Notes: a model not told the origin generated them from the letters alone. A stretch of 49,446 nt of DNA from an uncultured Methanosarcinales archaeon (GCA_964624275.1 CAZUXP010000005.1:1-49446), one strand, 5' to 3'; positions 8,035-19,122 are shown, counted from the first letter of the stretch. Made by a program: numbers and translations.

Positions 8035-10838
8035 GGATGATTGTAAAAAGAGGATTCATTTGGATTGGTATACTAGTATTAGTAAGTATTAGTGTATATT
8101 CTGACTCATTTTTATTTTCTTCATTATATACATCGCAAGATATTCTGCAATTTGGTTCTACACAATTACGAGTTAATATTGATACGCAAGGTCAACAAGT
8201 TCAATTATTAAATATTCAAGGTGGTGAGTCGTATATATTACAAAAAAATTCAGAAATTCAAAGTGGTAATCATAAAATTCGTTTTGTTGATTCAGAAGAA
8301 ATAATTGATTCACAGACTCAACAAAAATATTATGAAGTTGAATTAGAATTATATGCATTACAGCCTGATTTACAAGTTAATTGGACTCTTACAGAAAAAG
8401 GAGATTATGTTGGAGATGAATTCCATGCGCGATTATATATTTTCAATAATGGCTCCAAAACTGCTCAAAAAGTTTCATTTGTTCATCCTGTGATTGATGG
8501 TAGAGTTATACAATCTTCGGGTTGCCAACATACTCAGAGCCGTGTTTTTTTTGAACAAAATATAGAGTCTCAAAAATCCATAACGTGTACATATAGATTC
8601 ATTCCTCTTAAACCCAAACAAAATGAAAATATATTTTCAACATTGTTTTATGAATTTGAAGGTATTGAGTACCCAATTCACCCTTCACCTATAGAATTGC
8701 ATGCGCCTTCAATGATTAATATTACGCAAGAATTTAATCAAACCTCTCTTGATATTGCAAAATCTTTCACATTAAATCTTTCTGCAATAAATGCATATGA
8801 TGAAAAAATATCAGATATCAGAATGACATATTATATTCCGGATGTTTTTGAAATAGTAAAAAAACCATTTTCATTTGAAGATAATTCTCTAAATATTGAT
8901 AATTTTCAACAATATTCAACTATATTTTCGTTGCAAGAAAACCAAAATCGAGACTTTGAATTTATGTTAAAACCAAAAGTATCTGGCACTTACCCAATTT
9001 ATTATTCGTATTCTTTATTGCATGATAATAATAATCTCACATTTACTTCCTCGCCTCATTTTATAACCGTAACTCAAGAAGATGATCCTCCACCAGAAAT
9101 ACTGAATCATTCTCAAGCTTTTGAATTTGTTTTAAATATAACAAATCAAGGTGAATATACATCATTCCAAAAAGGAAAAGTTCATTTTGCATATAAAAAC
9201 AAACATATTTATAATTATTCAAACGTTACTGCAACATTATATATCGACGAACAAAAAATTCAAAGTGATTCTCGTTTTGTTCGACCATTATTTTTAATTC
9301 GAGCATTTACGCATGAATATGAAGCACCCTATGTTTCTGAAAATACACAAATACCAATTCGATTTGAATTAAATTATACTGTTAATAATGAAAATTTTAT
9401 CATAAGTCAAAATCAAACCTTAACAATTAAACCAATCCAACCGGTTTCTTTTCGAACAGAAATATCTCAAGATACTGTTGAAGTTTCACAACCTGTAACT
9501 ATTGATGTGTATGCGACTTCAACACAACCTGGACGGTCATTTACGTATCAATTTTATGAAAGAATACCACAAGAACATTTTATAATACAAGGACAAACGA
9601 ATCGTACATTAACTCTTCGAGAAGATGTTGAACAATTAGTTTATTCATATAAACTTATTCCGAAAGACTTGAAAAATCAGACAACATTTTCTATACCAAC
9701 AATTGCATTGAGTTCATATCAAGCTTCAATGAATCAAACAGTGTATTTTAATTTGTCTGAAAATAAAACTGTAATTGTAGAACCTTATACGAATTCTTTG
9801 CAAATAACGGCTTCATTTCCATCAAATTTAGAGACATTTAATATGTATGATGGGGATTTTACAGTAACAAATAATGGTTCTGCGCCAATATATGATATAA
9901 AATTATATCCCATATCAACAATTGATTTTGATGTGAAACACGAAATTGTACAATTTGAACAATTTGTTCCAAAACAAACCCAAGATATTACATTTAAATT
10001 TAGACCAAGAGTAAATATGTCTGTATCGCCAAAAATAGGTATTTCATATACAACAAGAGAAGGTATTTTTATATCTCAAGAAATGAATGCTCAAAACATT
10101 ACAGTTTCAAATGGGGATTTAGATGATGCGGTTGAATCGTTTACATTACAAGCTTTGCAGTATTGGGATGGTAATATAACTTATCATAAATCAGGAAATG
10201 AGAAATCTTTGTTTTTCACACAATTTTTGAATCAAAATGACAAAGTATTATTTAATACAAATGTTACACAAAACCAAAGTCAAGTCTTTTTCTCATTTTC
10301 ATTTCTTGATACGCAATTTATTAGAACTATTCCTGTTGAGTTTCAAATAATTCAAAGACCAAAAAGCCAATTTCTACAAAATGAGTCGCTTGTAAATGAA
10401 TCACATACGAATCAAAGCTTGAACGATAATCAAGTCGATACAAATAAATTTGATGCGAAATTAGTAATTATCGGATTTGGTATTTTTGTATTTTTGATAT
10501 TAGTAACAAGCATTATTTTAACTCATTTTGGTATTTTTTCACATGATGTATTTCGTAAAAAGAATTTCCAAACTCTAAGAAAATCATCTCTAAGTGTTAA
10601 TTCAAAAACGGCACTCCAAAAAAACAAATATACCAATTCTTCCACAAAAAAGCCAGAATCAAAATTAAAAGTACTCAAAGATCAAATTGCACGGTTGCAT
10701 CATAAAACACTGCAAAATAAAAACGTAAGTTCTCAAAAATCTCAATTTGTCAACAATTCTCAAAATTCACTTAAAGATCAGCTTGCTAAAAATCGATTAA
10801 CAGTGCAATCTCTTAAAGAAAGCTTGAAAAAAAAATAA
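8031..10838 (+). CDS. Large cell-surface protein with tandem Ig-like (BatD/CARDB-like) domains
   Basis: Signal peptide, repeated beta-sandwich patterns (YVGDEFHARLYIFNNG, FTVTNNGSAPIYDIKL), many sequons, C-terminal TM and basic tail. Confidence 0.7.
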   Translation: MRMIVKRGFIWIGILVLVSISVYSDSFLFSSLYTSQDILQFGSTQLRVNIDTQGQQVQLLNIQGGESYILQKNSEIQSGNHKIRFVDSEEIIDSQTQQKYYEVELELYALQPDLQVNWTLTEKGDYVGDEFHARLYIFNNGSKTAQKVSFVHPVIDGRVIQSSGCQHTQSRVFFEQNIESQKSITCTYRFIPLKPKQNENIFSTLFYEFEGIEYPIHPSPIELHAPSMINITQEFNQTSLDIAKSFTLNLSAINAYDEKISDIRMTYYIPDVFEIVKKPFSFEDNSLNIDNFQQYSTIFSLQENQNRDFEFMLKPKVSGTYPIYYSYSLLHDNNNLTFTSSPHFITVTQEDDPPPEILNHSQAFEFVLNITNQGEYTSFQKGKVHFAYKNKHIYNYSNVTATLYIDEQKIQSDSRFVRPLFLIRAFTHEYEAPYVSENTQIPIRFELNYTVNNENFIISQNQTLTIKPIQPVSFRTEISQDTVEVSQPVTIDVYATSTQPGRSFTYQFYERIPQEHFIIQGQTNRTLTLREDVEQLVYSYKLIPKDLKNQTTFSIPTIALSSYQASMNQTVYFNLSENKTVIVEPYTNSLQITASFPSNLETFNMYDGDFTVTNNGSAPIYDIKLYPISTIDFDVKHEIVQFEQFVPKQTQDITFKFRPRVNMSVSPKIGISYTTREGIFISQEMNAQNITVSNGDLDDAVESFTLQALQYWDGNITYHKSGNEKSLFFTQFLNQNDKVLFNTNVTQNQSQVFFSFSFLDTQFIRTIPVEFQIIQRPKSQFLQNESLVNESHTNQSLNDNQVDTNKFDAKLVIIGFGIFVFLILVTSIILTHFGIFSHDVFRKKNFQTLRKSSLSVNSKTALQKNKYTNSSTKKPESKLKVLKDQIARLHHKTLQNKNVSSQKSQFVNNSQNSLKDQLAKNRLTVQSLKESLKKK

Positions 10839-10984
10839 CTTTTGTTATTTTAAAGATACAACATAAGTTTATAAATGAACTAATTCGTATTTATATACAT
10901 ATTATAATTGTACTTCACACAACTATAGTTATTTAAGCGGGGCTTTTAGATGGTGCTATACCATTTGAAAAAAGAGGAGATTGA

Positions 10985-12340
10985 ATGAACAAAGAGAATG
11001 TATTGGCTTATTATACGTCATTAGTTGATTTACCGGTGAGTGATTTTGATTTATCTGTTATTGTTTTGGGTTTAAATAAGGAATTTAATCTTGGTCTGCA
11101 ACTTTCATCTGTAAAAAAATCATTAGAAACAATTCAAAAAATTTCTTCAAAAGATCGTGATAAACTTATTCAAGAAATTCCAGAACAAGTGAAATCTTTT
11201 ATTCGCTCAATTTGTTTTTCATCTCAATCTTCAAGTGCTGATTTGCCGACGTTTGCTGATGAAAATGATTCGCAGGATGAACATTTTGATTTTCAAAAAC
11301 CTGAAATGAGCGAATCTGCAGAAAATGCAAGCTTGCAAAAAGAAGAAGAAATTTTACAAAAAGAAGAAGAGTTATTGTTTAAAGAAAAAGTTTTAGAAAA
11401 AAAAGAGCGGTTGCTTCAAGAACAATTAACCCCACAACTTCAATCGGATATAATTTCTTTGTTTTCAAAAATTGATGAAAAAACAAATACATTAAATTCA
11501 CAAATTGATTTACATAGACAATTAAGTGAGTCAATTATGAAGATGAAACGTGAGTTGATAAATCAACAAAGAGAACAACAACAACATGTAACATTCTTAC
11601 AATCACAAGAAGAAAGGGTTCGTCAGAATTCAGCAAAAGTAAAACAAGAGTTAATGGTTCTTTTAGAAAAAAAACGACTTAAAAAACAAGAATGTTCACA
11701 GTTAGAAGATAGAATTCAATCAGCACATAAAACAATGAGTGAACGAGAACAAAATATACTATTACAAGAAAAAAAATTACGATATGAACGTCAACAAGTA
11801 GAACTTATGCAGGAACAAGTACAAAGACAGTTACAAGTTGTATTGGAATTGCGAAAAAATGTTGAAAATCAAGCTGAATCAATACAAAAAAAGAAAAATT
11901 CAGCTGAATATAAAACGGCAATAGCTCAAGAGTCTTTACAAGAAAATATAGGGAAATTCTATGATCAACTTCACGAACAAGCAAATAGATTTGAGAAAAT
12001 GGAGGAAACAATTCAAAAAATATCAAAACGAAAAACTGCACCTCCTAAAGCATATCTACAAAAAATAAACCAAAATTTAACAAAAGGAATAAGTCAGATT
12101 CAAAAACAAGAAGATTCTTTTGAAAAATTCATTCATTCCGTTAATATACAAAATATTGATGAAAAAACGGCAGTACTTGATCTTATTGAATTAGGTAAAG
12201 TTTTCTTCGAGAAAGGAGATATGTTTCAAGCAAAACAAACATATAAATTAATTCAAGAAAAATATACTCAATTAAATTCTATGCAAAAACAATCTGTTAA
12301 ACAGAAAATTGTTGATTTTTTTAATCAATTACAACGATAA
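10985..12340 (+). CDS. Coiled-coil protein, first gene of the type IV pilus operon
   Basis: E/K/Q-rich heptads, helical C-terminal domain; SD-like GAGGAG upstream. Confidence 0.75.
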   Translation: MNKENVLAYYTSLVDLPVSDFDLSVIVLGLNKEFNLGLQLSSVKKSLETIQKISSKDRDKLIQEIPEQVKSFIRSICFSSQSSSADLPTFADENDSQDEHFDFQKPEMSESAENASLQKEEEILQKEEELLFKEKVLEKKERLLQEQLTPQLQSDIISLFSKIDEKTNTLNSQIDLHRQLSESIMKMKRELINQQREQQQHVTFLQSQEERVRQNSAKVKQELMVLLEKKRLKKQECSQLEDRIQSAHKTMSEREQNILLQEKKLRYERQQVELMQEQVQRQLQVVLELRKNVENQAESIQKKKNSAEYKTAIAQESLQENIGKFYDQLHEQANRFEKMEETIQKISKRKTAPPKAYLQKINQNLTKGISQIQKQEDSFEKFIHSVNIQNIDEKTAVLDLIELGKVFFEKGDMFQAKQTYKLIQEKYTQLNSMQKQSVKQKIVDFFNQLQR

Positions 12341-12345
12341 TTACT

Positions 12346-13854
12346 ATGAGTGAAAAAAGAAGTATGGATTTGTATTATATAAAGGAGCAAATAGATAGAA
12401 AATCTAAACTTCTTGAACAAAAAGAAACATATTTAGATGATAAATCTACCGAATTACAAAAATTTCAACAAAAACTATTTCGAGATCAACAACAGTATGT
12501 TCAGAAATATTCTCAAGTGCAAGGACAAATATCAGATATTCAAAAACGAGAAGTAAGTATTTCTCAAAAATTTTCCCAACTTCAAGAGTTTCATTCTAAT
12601 TTAACAAAAAATATTCACGAATTCAATGCCAAAAAAAAGAAATTAGCGGAGTGGTATGAAAATTTTTTAAAAGAGAGAAATAGTTTTCAATCTCAAAAAT
12701 CAGATTATGAAAAACGGGTTTTAATTTTAAAACAAAATGAAGAACAAGTACAAAAAATCAAAATTCAAAATGTTCAATTAGAAAAAAAACTTGTTGAAGA
12801 TAAGTCTGTAGTTCAGAAAAAACTTCAATTTGCTCAAAGTATTTTAGATCAAAAAGAAAAATATGATGTTTTTTTGCAAAAATATAAAGATATGCAAAAA
12901 GAGTACGCAGAATTACGTTCCAATTTTGCAAAAAAAAATACAGAATTAGAACATTTTGAGAAAAAAATAAAAAGTGCGAGATCAGAATATGAGAAATTTA
13001 AGCATCAAAAAGAATTAGAATCAAAAAATCTTCAATCTGTACATTCTGAATTACGAAAAAGAGAGGATATTTTGAGAAATTTAGAAAAAGAATTAACTGA
13101 TAAAGAAGTAAAACTTAAAGTTGAGCAAGAAAAATTTTTTGAAATACAATTTCAATTATCTGAAGCAGAACATAGAATAAATAGTCAATCAAAAATATTA
13201 AAGGATCGAGAAAAATTATTTGTAAAAAAAGAAGAAGAATTGCGTAAACGAGAACACTCACTTCAAACAAATCAATTACGTCATCAAGAAATTGAAAAGC
13301 AAATAAGTGATTTTGAAGAACGTGAAAGACAGATGCATGCAAGTATAAATGAACTTGAAAAAACGCAAATTTCTTTAGAAAAGCTTCAAGAAGAATTAGA
13401 AAAACGCGAAAAAAAATTACTTGATAAAGAATCTCAGGGAGATGCGTTACGTCTTAAATCAGAACTTGCAAGTGCAAAAACAAGAGAAGATGAGTTGAAA
13501 TCAACTATTGAAAATTTAGAATCTCAAATTAGTGAACAGCAAAAATCAACTCAAAAAGCCGAAGAGAAAAATGAACAATTAAAAGCTAAAATTGATGAGC
13601 AAGAAATTGTTGTCAATAAAGTTGAAGAATTACAAAATCATATTCGTGAATTAGAATCTCAAAATGAAAAACTTGTTGAAGAGACGCAAAAAGCGCTTTC
13701 ACAAGAATCAGATGAAGATGTAACAAAAGCATTACATGTTTTAGATGGATTATTAGAACATTTACCCAAAGATGTTTTGGAATCTTTTGTAAACACAAAA
13801 GAATTTGAAGCAGTTGAGAAAGTTTTTGAAAATTATGGTATAGGTAAACAATAA
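12346..13854 (+). CDS. Long coiled-coil protein
   Basis: About 450 aa of continuous heptad pattern plus a short C-terminal motif (LDGLLEHLPKDVLESFV...YGI); no ATPase motifs. Confidence 0.75.
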   Translation: MSEKRSMDLYYIKEQIDRKSKLLEQKETYLDDKSTELQKFQQKLFRDQQQYVQKYSQVQGQISDIQKREVSISQKFSQLQEFHSNLTKNIHEFNAKKKKLAEWYENFLKERNSFQSQKSDYEKRVLILKQNEEQVQKIKIQNVQLEKKLVEDKSVVQKKLQFAQSILDQKEKYDVFLQKYKDMQKEYAELRSNFAKKNTELEHFEKKIKSARSEYEKFKHQKELESKNLQSVHSELRKREDILRNLEKELTDKEVKLKVEQEKFFEIQFQLSEAEHRINSQSKILKDREKLFVKKEEELRKREHSLQTNQLRHQEIEKQISDFEERERQMHASINELEKTQISLEKLQEELEKREKKLLDKESQGDALRLKSELASAKTREDELKSTIENLESQISEQQKSTQKAEEKNEQLKAKIDEQEIVVNKVEELQNHIRELESQNEKLVEETQKALSQESDEDVTKALHVLDGLLEHLPKDVLESFVNTKEFEAVEKVFENYGIGKQ

Positions 13855-13855
13855 A

Positions 13856-16045
13856 ATGGGTTTTTTAGATAATGCAAAGAAAGTAAAATCTACAGAATCA
13901 GAAACGAAAGTAGATTCAAACATTGCTTCAAAATCTGAATCAAAGGCTTCACAAAATGTTTCTTTAAAACAAAGCAAAACACAAGATGATCATGACTCGA
14001 TAAAACCATCAAATCAGCAACCAGTTAAACATGAACAATCTGCCTCTATTCAAGCAGAGTCTCAAAATTCACCCACAAAATCACTCAAAGAAAAAAATGA
14101 ACCCATTTTAACAAAAGAATCAATACTTCGGGCAAAAGAAGAATTACAATCAACACAGAAATCTGATTCAATTCAAGATAAAAGAGAAAAAGATTCATCA
14201 AAATCTATTGTTGAGGAATCAAATAGTTTAGACATTGGAGACGAACAAGCGCATGAATTCTTATTAGGACTTCAAGAAGGTTCGAATATTCAAACTATTG
14301 CTGATACAATATTAGATAAACTGGTTGAACAAAAAAAATCAACATTTAAAGAATTAGCTCAGCATTGTCAGAGTTCAATTCCAATAATTGAAAAATTTTG
14401 TAAAATTCTATCTTATCAAAAAAGGGTGAGAATAGAATATCCTCTTATTTTTACGCAACCGCCAAAAGTTATATTGTTAGAACGAGAAAAGATTGATGGT
14501 ACAGAAAAAGCGGTTTTATCTGATGATAAAAAATTATTAGAAGAATATACTGTCATGTCGGACTATGTCGTAGCTGATATACATATATGGTCAGTTCCAA
14601 AAGAAAACACGCCGATTTATGAAGTGATTTCACACAAAGTTCCTGAAGGTACACAATTAGTGTTAGAATATTTAACTGAAGAATTAGCAGAAAAAACACC
14701 AATCGAATCAGGAGACGCAACAGATCCTAGGAAAATATTTGGTGTAAAAAAAGATCGTTTTGATTTAACGTTACAAGAGGTTAAAAAAACATTTTCTGAT
14801 GTTTCTGACGATGTTGCAAAATTTCTTTCAGGTATAGTTATTCATCAATCATTTGGTTTAGGCGATATGGAAATTATCATGAGTGATAATTGGCTTGAAG
14901 AAATCGCAATAAATGGAAATACTGAACCATTATCTGTTTATCATAAGAGGTATGGGTGGTTAAAAACAACAAAACATTTTGATGCTGAAAATGGCGAAAT
15001 ATATAATATTGCATCGCAAATTGCTCGAAAAGTTGGAAAACAAATTAATGCACTTTCGCCAATCATGGATGCACATCTTCAGACAGGTGATCGGGTTGCT
15101 GCAACATTATTTCCAATTAGCACAGAAGGAGATACATTAACTATCAGACGTTTTGCTCGTAATCCGTGGACTGTTGTACACATGATTGATCCAAAAAATC
15201 ATACCATGTCAAAAGAAGTCATGTCATTTTTATGGCAAGCAATACAGTATGAATTAAATTTTTTAGTTGTTGGTGGTACTGCATCAGGTAAAACATCTGC
15301 CTTAAACACGATGGCGGCATTAATTCCACCAACGAATCGTATATTAAGTATTGAAGACACTCGTGAGATATCCTTGCCTAAGGCATTACATTGGAATTGG
15401 GTCCCGCTTGCATCTAAATCTTCAAATGCTGAAGGTCAGGGAGAAGTCTCTATGCTTGATTTAATGGTTGCATCATTACGTATGCGTCCTGATAGAATCA
15501 TTGTTGGTGAGATTCGAAGAAAACAACAGGCCGAAGCGATGTTTGAAGCCATGCATACTGGACACTCAGTTTGTGCAACGATGCATGCTGATACTGCTGA
15601 GCAAATTAAACATCGGTTAACACAACCGCCAATTGATATACCTGAAAACGAATTGCAAGCTCTCCAATTAATATTAGTACAATATCGAGATAGGCGAAGA
15701 GGCGTTCGTCGTACATTAGAAGTTGCAGAGTTATTGCCTGGAGGTTCTGATGAAAAAATTAATTTGAATTATTTATTTCGTTGGCAGGCACGTGGCGATA
15801 AATTCGTAAAAGAAGAAGCAAGTGTGCGTGTTGTTGAAGATTTGAATCTTCATACTGGTATGACTGAAAAAGAAATTAATAATGATTTATCACAAAAAGA
15901 AAAAGTATTAGAATGGATGTTGAAAAATAAGGTTTTTGATGTTGATAAAGTTGGTCATATTATGCGAATTTATTATAAATATCCACAATTACTACTTGAT
16001 ACAATATCAGACGAAGCAAGCGCTGATAATATCCTAAAAAGTTAA
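13856..16045 (+). CDS. Type IV pilus assembly ATPase (TadA/CpaF/FlaI family)
   Basis: Walker A GGTASGKT, SIEDTRE Asp box, LRMRPDRIIVGEIR Walker B, HTGH...TMHA His box. Confidence 0.95.
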   Translation: MGFLDNAKKVKSTESETKVDSNIASKSESKASQNVSLKQSKTQDDHDSIKPSNQQPVKHEQSASIQAESQNSPTKSLKEKNEPILTKESILRAKEELQSTQKSDSIQDKREKDSSKSIVEESNSLDIGDEQAHEFLLGLQEGSNIQTIADTILDKLVEQKKSTFKELAQHCQSSIPIIEKFCKILSYQKRVRIEYPLIFTQPPKVILLEREKIDGTEKAVLSDDKKLLEEYTVMSDYVVADIHIWSVPKENTPIYEVISHKVPEGTQLVLEYLTEELAEKTPIESGDATDPRKIFGVKKDRFDLTLQEVKKTFSDVSDDVAKFLSGIVIHQSFGLGDMEIIMSDNWLEEIAINGNTEPLSVYHKRYGWLKTTKHFDAENGEIYNIASQIARKVGKQINALSPIMDAHLQTGDRVAATLFPISTEGDTLTIRRFARNPWTVVHMIDPKNHTMSKEVMSFLWQAIQYELNFLVVGGTASGKTSALNTMAALIPPTNRILSIEDTREISLPKALHWNWVPLASKSSNAEGQGEVSMLDLMVASLRMRPDRIIVGEIRRKQQAEAMFEAMHTGHSVCATMHADTAEQIKHRLTQPPIDIPENELQALQLILVQYRDRRRGVRRTLEVAELLPGGSDEKINLNYLFRWQARGDKFVKEEASVRVVEDLNLHTGMTEKEINNDLSQKEKVLEWMLKNKVFDVDKVGHIMRIYYKYPQLLLDTISDEASADNILKS

Positions 16046-16057
16046 TGAGCACAGACA

Positions 16058-16948
16058 ATGACAGACAGATTTTTTTTAAATATTGTACCTCCATCATTTT
16101 CAAAAATGTTTGTGAAATTTTTGTATTCGCAAGCTCAGTTTATTGTTAATTTTTTTTCATCAATTAAAAAAGATGTTGAGAAATTTGAACAAAAAGTTGA
16201 TCCGGTTGAATATATTGCAACAGGGTTAGTTTCATATTATTTGTTAGCATTTGTTCTCGCATTAGGTGTTTTTCGGTTATTTCAATCTCAAGAAATCGAC
16301 CTTGTTCGTGCAACATTACTTTCAATTTTAATTTTTGGTTTAATTGTTTTTATTTTAGTTTTTTTAGCAATTAAACATCCTGTATCTAATGCAGTGAATA
16401 AGGCTAAAGATATTGATAAGTATTTGCTTTATGCATTACGTGATTTATCTTTACAAGTAAGCTCTGGAGAAACAGTATATAATGCAATGGTTAGTGTAAG
16501 CGAAGGTGGGTATAAAAGCGCATCACGTGAATTTTCCTTAATTGCAAAAAAAATAAATGTTGGAATTCCTATGGAGATAGTTCTTCGTGAAGCTTTGCGT
16601 AAAACAGAATCGGAATATATGCGAAAAACATATTGGCAAATCATCAATGGAATTAAAAGTGGTTCTGATTTAACACGAGGTTTAGATTCTGTCATTAGCG
16701 AATTAAATTCTGAACAAAAATCTAAAATTCAAAATTATGCTCGAGAACTTGGTTTGTGGTCATTAGTATATATGATGTTTTCAGTTGCAATTCCAACAAT
16801 CGGAATAACAATGCTTGTTATACTTTCAACATTTGCAGGATTTGGATTAAATCAGGCTACGTTTTTACTCTTTGTTGTTGCAAGTATGATAGTTCAAGTA
16901 ATTTTGATAGTCTTTGTGAAATCACGAAGACCGGCGGTGCACTTCTAA
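16058..16948 (+). CDS. Type II secretion F-domain (TadB/TadC/FlaJ-like) platform protein
   Basis: DIDKYLLYALRDLSLQVSSG...SREF T2SSF pattern with TM helices; follows the ATPase. Confidence 0.88.
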   Translation: MTDRFFLNIVPPSFSKMFVKFLYSQAQFIVNFFSSIKKDVEKFEQKVDPVEYIATGLVSYYLLAFVLALGVFRLFQSQEIDLVRATLLSILIFGLIVFILVFLAIKHPVSNAVNKAKDIDKYLLYALRDLSLQVSSGETVYNAMVSVSEGGYKSASREFSLIAKKINVGIPMEIVLREALRKTESEYMRKTYWQIINGIKSGSDLTRGLDSVISELNSEQKSKIQNYARELGLWSLVYMMFSVAIPTIGITMLVILSTFAGFGLNQATFLLFVVASMIVQVILIVFVKSRRPAVHF

Positions 16949-18018
16949 TGAACTTATTAATGCGCATGCTTTACGGACTTGCAAATATTATTCCAAAAGG
17001 TTATGCAAATAAACTTAAAACATCAATACAATATGCTGATACAAATCGTGATTGGAGATTTTTTGGTGGAATTATTGTTTTGCTCATGTTCGTTGTTCTT
17101 TTAAGCTCATTTATCGGTACACAAATATATGAATTTAGTGTATCAGAAGAAGAATTATTACAATTTCAAGAAGATGAATTAAGTCCTGAAGAAATACTTG
17201 AAGAAATAAATAATATTCAAATTTTTAAAATATCTTCATATATATTAGTAAGTGTTCTTTTGTTTTTTCTTATTCCTTTTGTAATTAATACGTATTTTTT
17301 TTTAAAAATGGATAAACGTTCAAATGAAGTTGAAATCGTATTACCAAATGCGCTTAATCTCGTTGCAGCAAATTTGCGTGCAGGTATGACGCCGTATCAA
17401 TCTATAAAGATGGCTGCAATTCCCGAATTTGGTGTTCTTGGAAAAGAATTTGAACGAGCAACATCTCGTTCGACTGGTGTAAAAAACTTTACAGATTATC
17501 TAGAAGAAATATCGCAAAGAGTAAATTCGCTCACATTACAACGAACGATTCGGTTATTAGTTGCTTCAATGAAATCGGGGGGTAAATTAGCTGAATTACT
17601 TGAAGGTTTATCTCTTGATATATCAGAACGTTCGTCGTTAAAAAAAGAACTTGAAGTAAATATCAAAACAAATATGATGTTTATTATGTTCATAATTATA
17701 ATGGGTACACCTTCATTGCTTTCGATTTCAATATATTTTGTAGAAACTGTCAGTGAAATTCAAGAAGGTACTGATTTGGATAGTGCGCAAAGTGCGGATA
17801 TTGGTGGTTTTGGCGGTGGTGAATTAAGTATTAGTGCAGTATTTTTAGAACGAATTTCGTATGTCATTTTATTTATGACATCTCTTTTGGCTTCATTTTT
17901 CTTAGGTGGGGTTTTAGATGGTGATGTGAAAAGGGGTTTGAGGTTTGCTCCATATATGGTTGTTGGTTCTTTTATTGTATTTATTATTGCACGATATACA
18001 ATTGATGCGTTATTGTAA
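16948..18018 (+). CDS. Second T2SSF (TadC-like) platform protein
   Basis: EIVLPNALNLVAANLRAGMTP...FGVLGKEF, SGGKLAELL. Start re-assigned to ATG 16948 (TAATG coupling). Confidence 0.88.
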   Translation: MNLLMRMLYGLANIIPKGYANKLKTSIQYADTNRDWRFFGGIIVLLMFVVLLSSFIGTQIYEFSVSEEELLQFQEDELSPEEILEEINNIQIFKISSYILVSVLLFFLIPFVINTYFFLKMDKRSNEVEIVLPNALNLVAANLRAGMTPYQSIKMAAIPEFGVLGKEFERATSRSTGVKNFTDYLEEISQRVNSLTLQRTIRLLVASMKSGGKLAELLEGLSLDISERSSLKKELEVNIKTNMMFIMFIIIMGTPSLLSISIYFVETVSEIQEGTDLDSAQSADIGGFGGGELSISAVFLERISYVILFMTSLLASFFLGGVLDGDVKRGLRFAPYMVVGSFIVFIIARYTIDALL

Positions 18019-18052
18019 AGTTTTATTGTAGCTATTATTAGGATGTAAAAAA

Positions 18053-18490
18053 ATGAAGCATAATCAAAATCGGTTAAAATTTGCACAAACTTCTGTAGAA
18101 TTCATTGTGTTATTATTTGTCGCTATACTTGTCGTAAGTGTTATAGCATTTAGTTATATTGATATTCCGAGTCTTTCAAATGCTCAACAAAATCAAATGA
18201 GTAAACAATATTATGCACGACTTCCGGTTGGTATTTTAGGTATAACTCAAAATGATACACATTTGCAGATGACTTTGATAAATTCTTTTTCTGAACCAAT
18301 TCTATTTCAGAACATTACTATTAATATGCAAGAAATTGTTATTAATCAACAATTAAAACCAAGTGAACAGGCTTTAATTTCATTTACGTTTACTGAAAAA
18401 TTTCAAACTGTAAATTCATATTGGTATACGCTTGAATTCACAAATAAAACGATTCAATACATTCCTCGATTTGAATATCCAATTTCTTGA
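18053..18490 (+). CDS. Pilin-like protein with class III signal peptide
   Basis: RLKFA/QTSVEF followed by a hydrophobic helix (Q+1, E+5). Confidence 0.8.
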   Translation: MKHNQNRLKFAQTSVEFIVLLFVAILVVSVIAFSYIDIPSLSNAQQNQMSKQYYARLPVGILGITQNDTHLQMTLINSFSEPILFQNITINMQEIVINQQLKPSEQALISFTFTEKFQTVNSYWYTLEFTNKTIQYIPRFEYPIS

Positions 18491-18526
18491 ATTTTATTGT
18501 AAAATGTGTAAAAACACTAAAAATAG

Positions 18527-18541
18527 CAAAACATTTATAAA
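18527..18541 (+). promoter_or_regulatory. Internal BRE-TATA promoter for the putative major pilin
   Basis: CAAAACATTTATAAA; GAGGT SD upstream of ATG 18599. Confidence 0.65.
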
Positions 18542-18598
18542 CTTAAAACTGCCAAAATGGTATAAAAGGTACAATATGTACAATCACGAGGTTTACAA

Positions 18599-19093
18599 AT
18601 GAATGTGAAAAAACAAAAGTTAGCACAAACAGCGACTGAATATCTAATTATTCTCGCAGTAGTTATTATCATCGCCTTAATTGTTGTAGGAGTGCTTGGT
18701 GGAATACCAGGACTTGGCGGAGACATTGGTGGCGGAACAGGAACATTATTCTGGACAACGCAAGAAGTTGGAGTTTCAATGGTACTCTCAGCAGGTGGAA
18801 GTCATGCGTTATCACTTCAAAACAATAGACAAAATGCAATTGTAGTACAAAATTTCACCGTTGATGGAAGTGATAATGTACTGTTACAAGATGTTGTTAT
18901 CCAAGCTGGTGAAACAAGAAATTTAGTTAATGGTACGCATTTTAATGGTTCAGTTTTAACAGGTTTGGGAATTTGTACGACTGGCGGAGACAGTTATGCG
19001 GTGCAAATATCAACTGATTATGAAGATCGTGTAAATGATGCGTCACACACAATGGCACCAAATCGAAACTATGAAGGATCCTGTGCAAACTAG
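18599..19093 (+). CDS. Putative major type IV pilin
   Basis: KQKLA/QTATEYLIILAVVIIIALIVVG; own promoter, SD and downstream T-tract; two Cys in the globular domain. Confidence 0.85.
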   Translation: MNVKKQKLAQTATEYLIILAVVIIIALIVVGVLGGIPGLGGDIGGGTGTLFWTTQEVGVSMVLSAGGSHALSLQNNRQNAIVVQNFTVDGSDNVLLQDVVIQAGETRNLVNGTHFNGSVLTGLGICTTGGDSYAVQISTDYEDRVNDASHTMAPNRNYEGSCAN

Positions 19094-19122
19094 GATTCCT
19101 TTTATTTCCTTTTTTTTCTTTT
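19094..19122 (+). terminator. Oligo-T terminator after the major pilin
   Basis: GATTCCTTTTATTTCCTTTTTTTCTTT directly after the stop. Confidence 0.5.

Noticed and set aside
10985-13854. SMC/Rad50 identity for the coiled-coil proteins
   Set aside because: No Walker A/B, signature, hinge or zinc-hook motifs.
16756-16947. Upstream start for the second TadC-like gene
   Set aside because: It would overlap the previous gene by 190 nt; TAATG coupling at 16946-16950 gives a better start.
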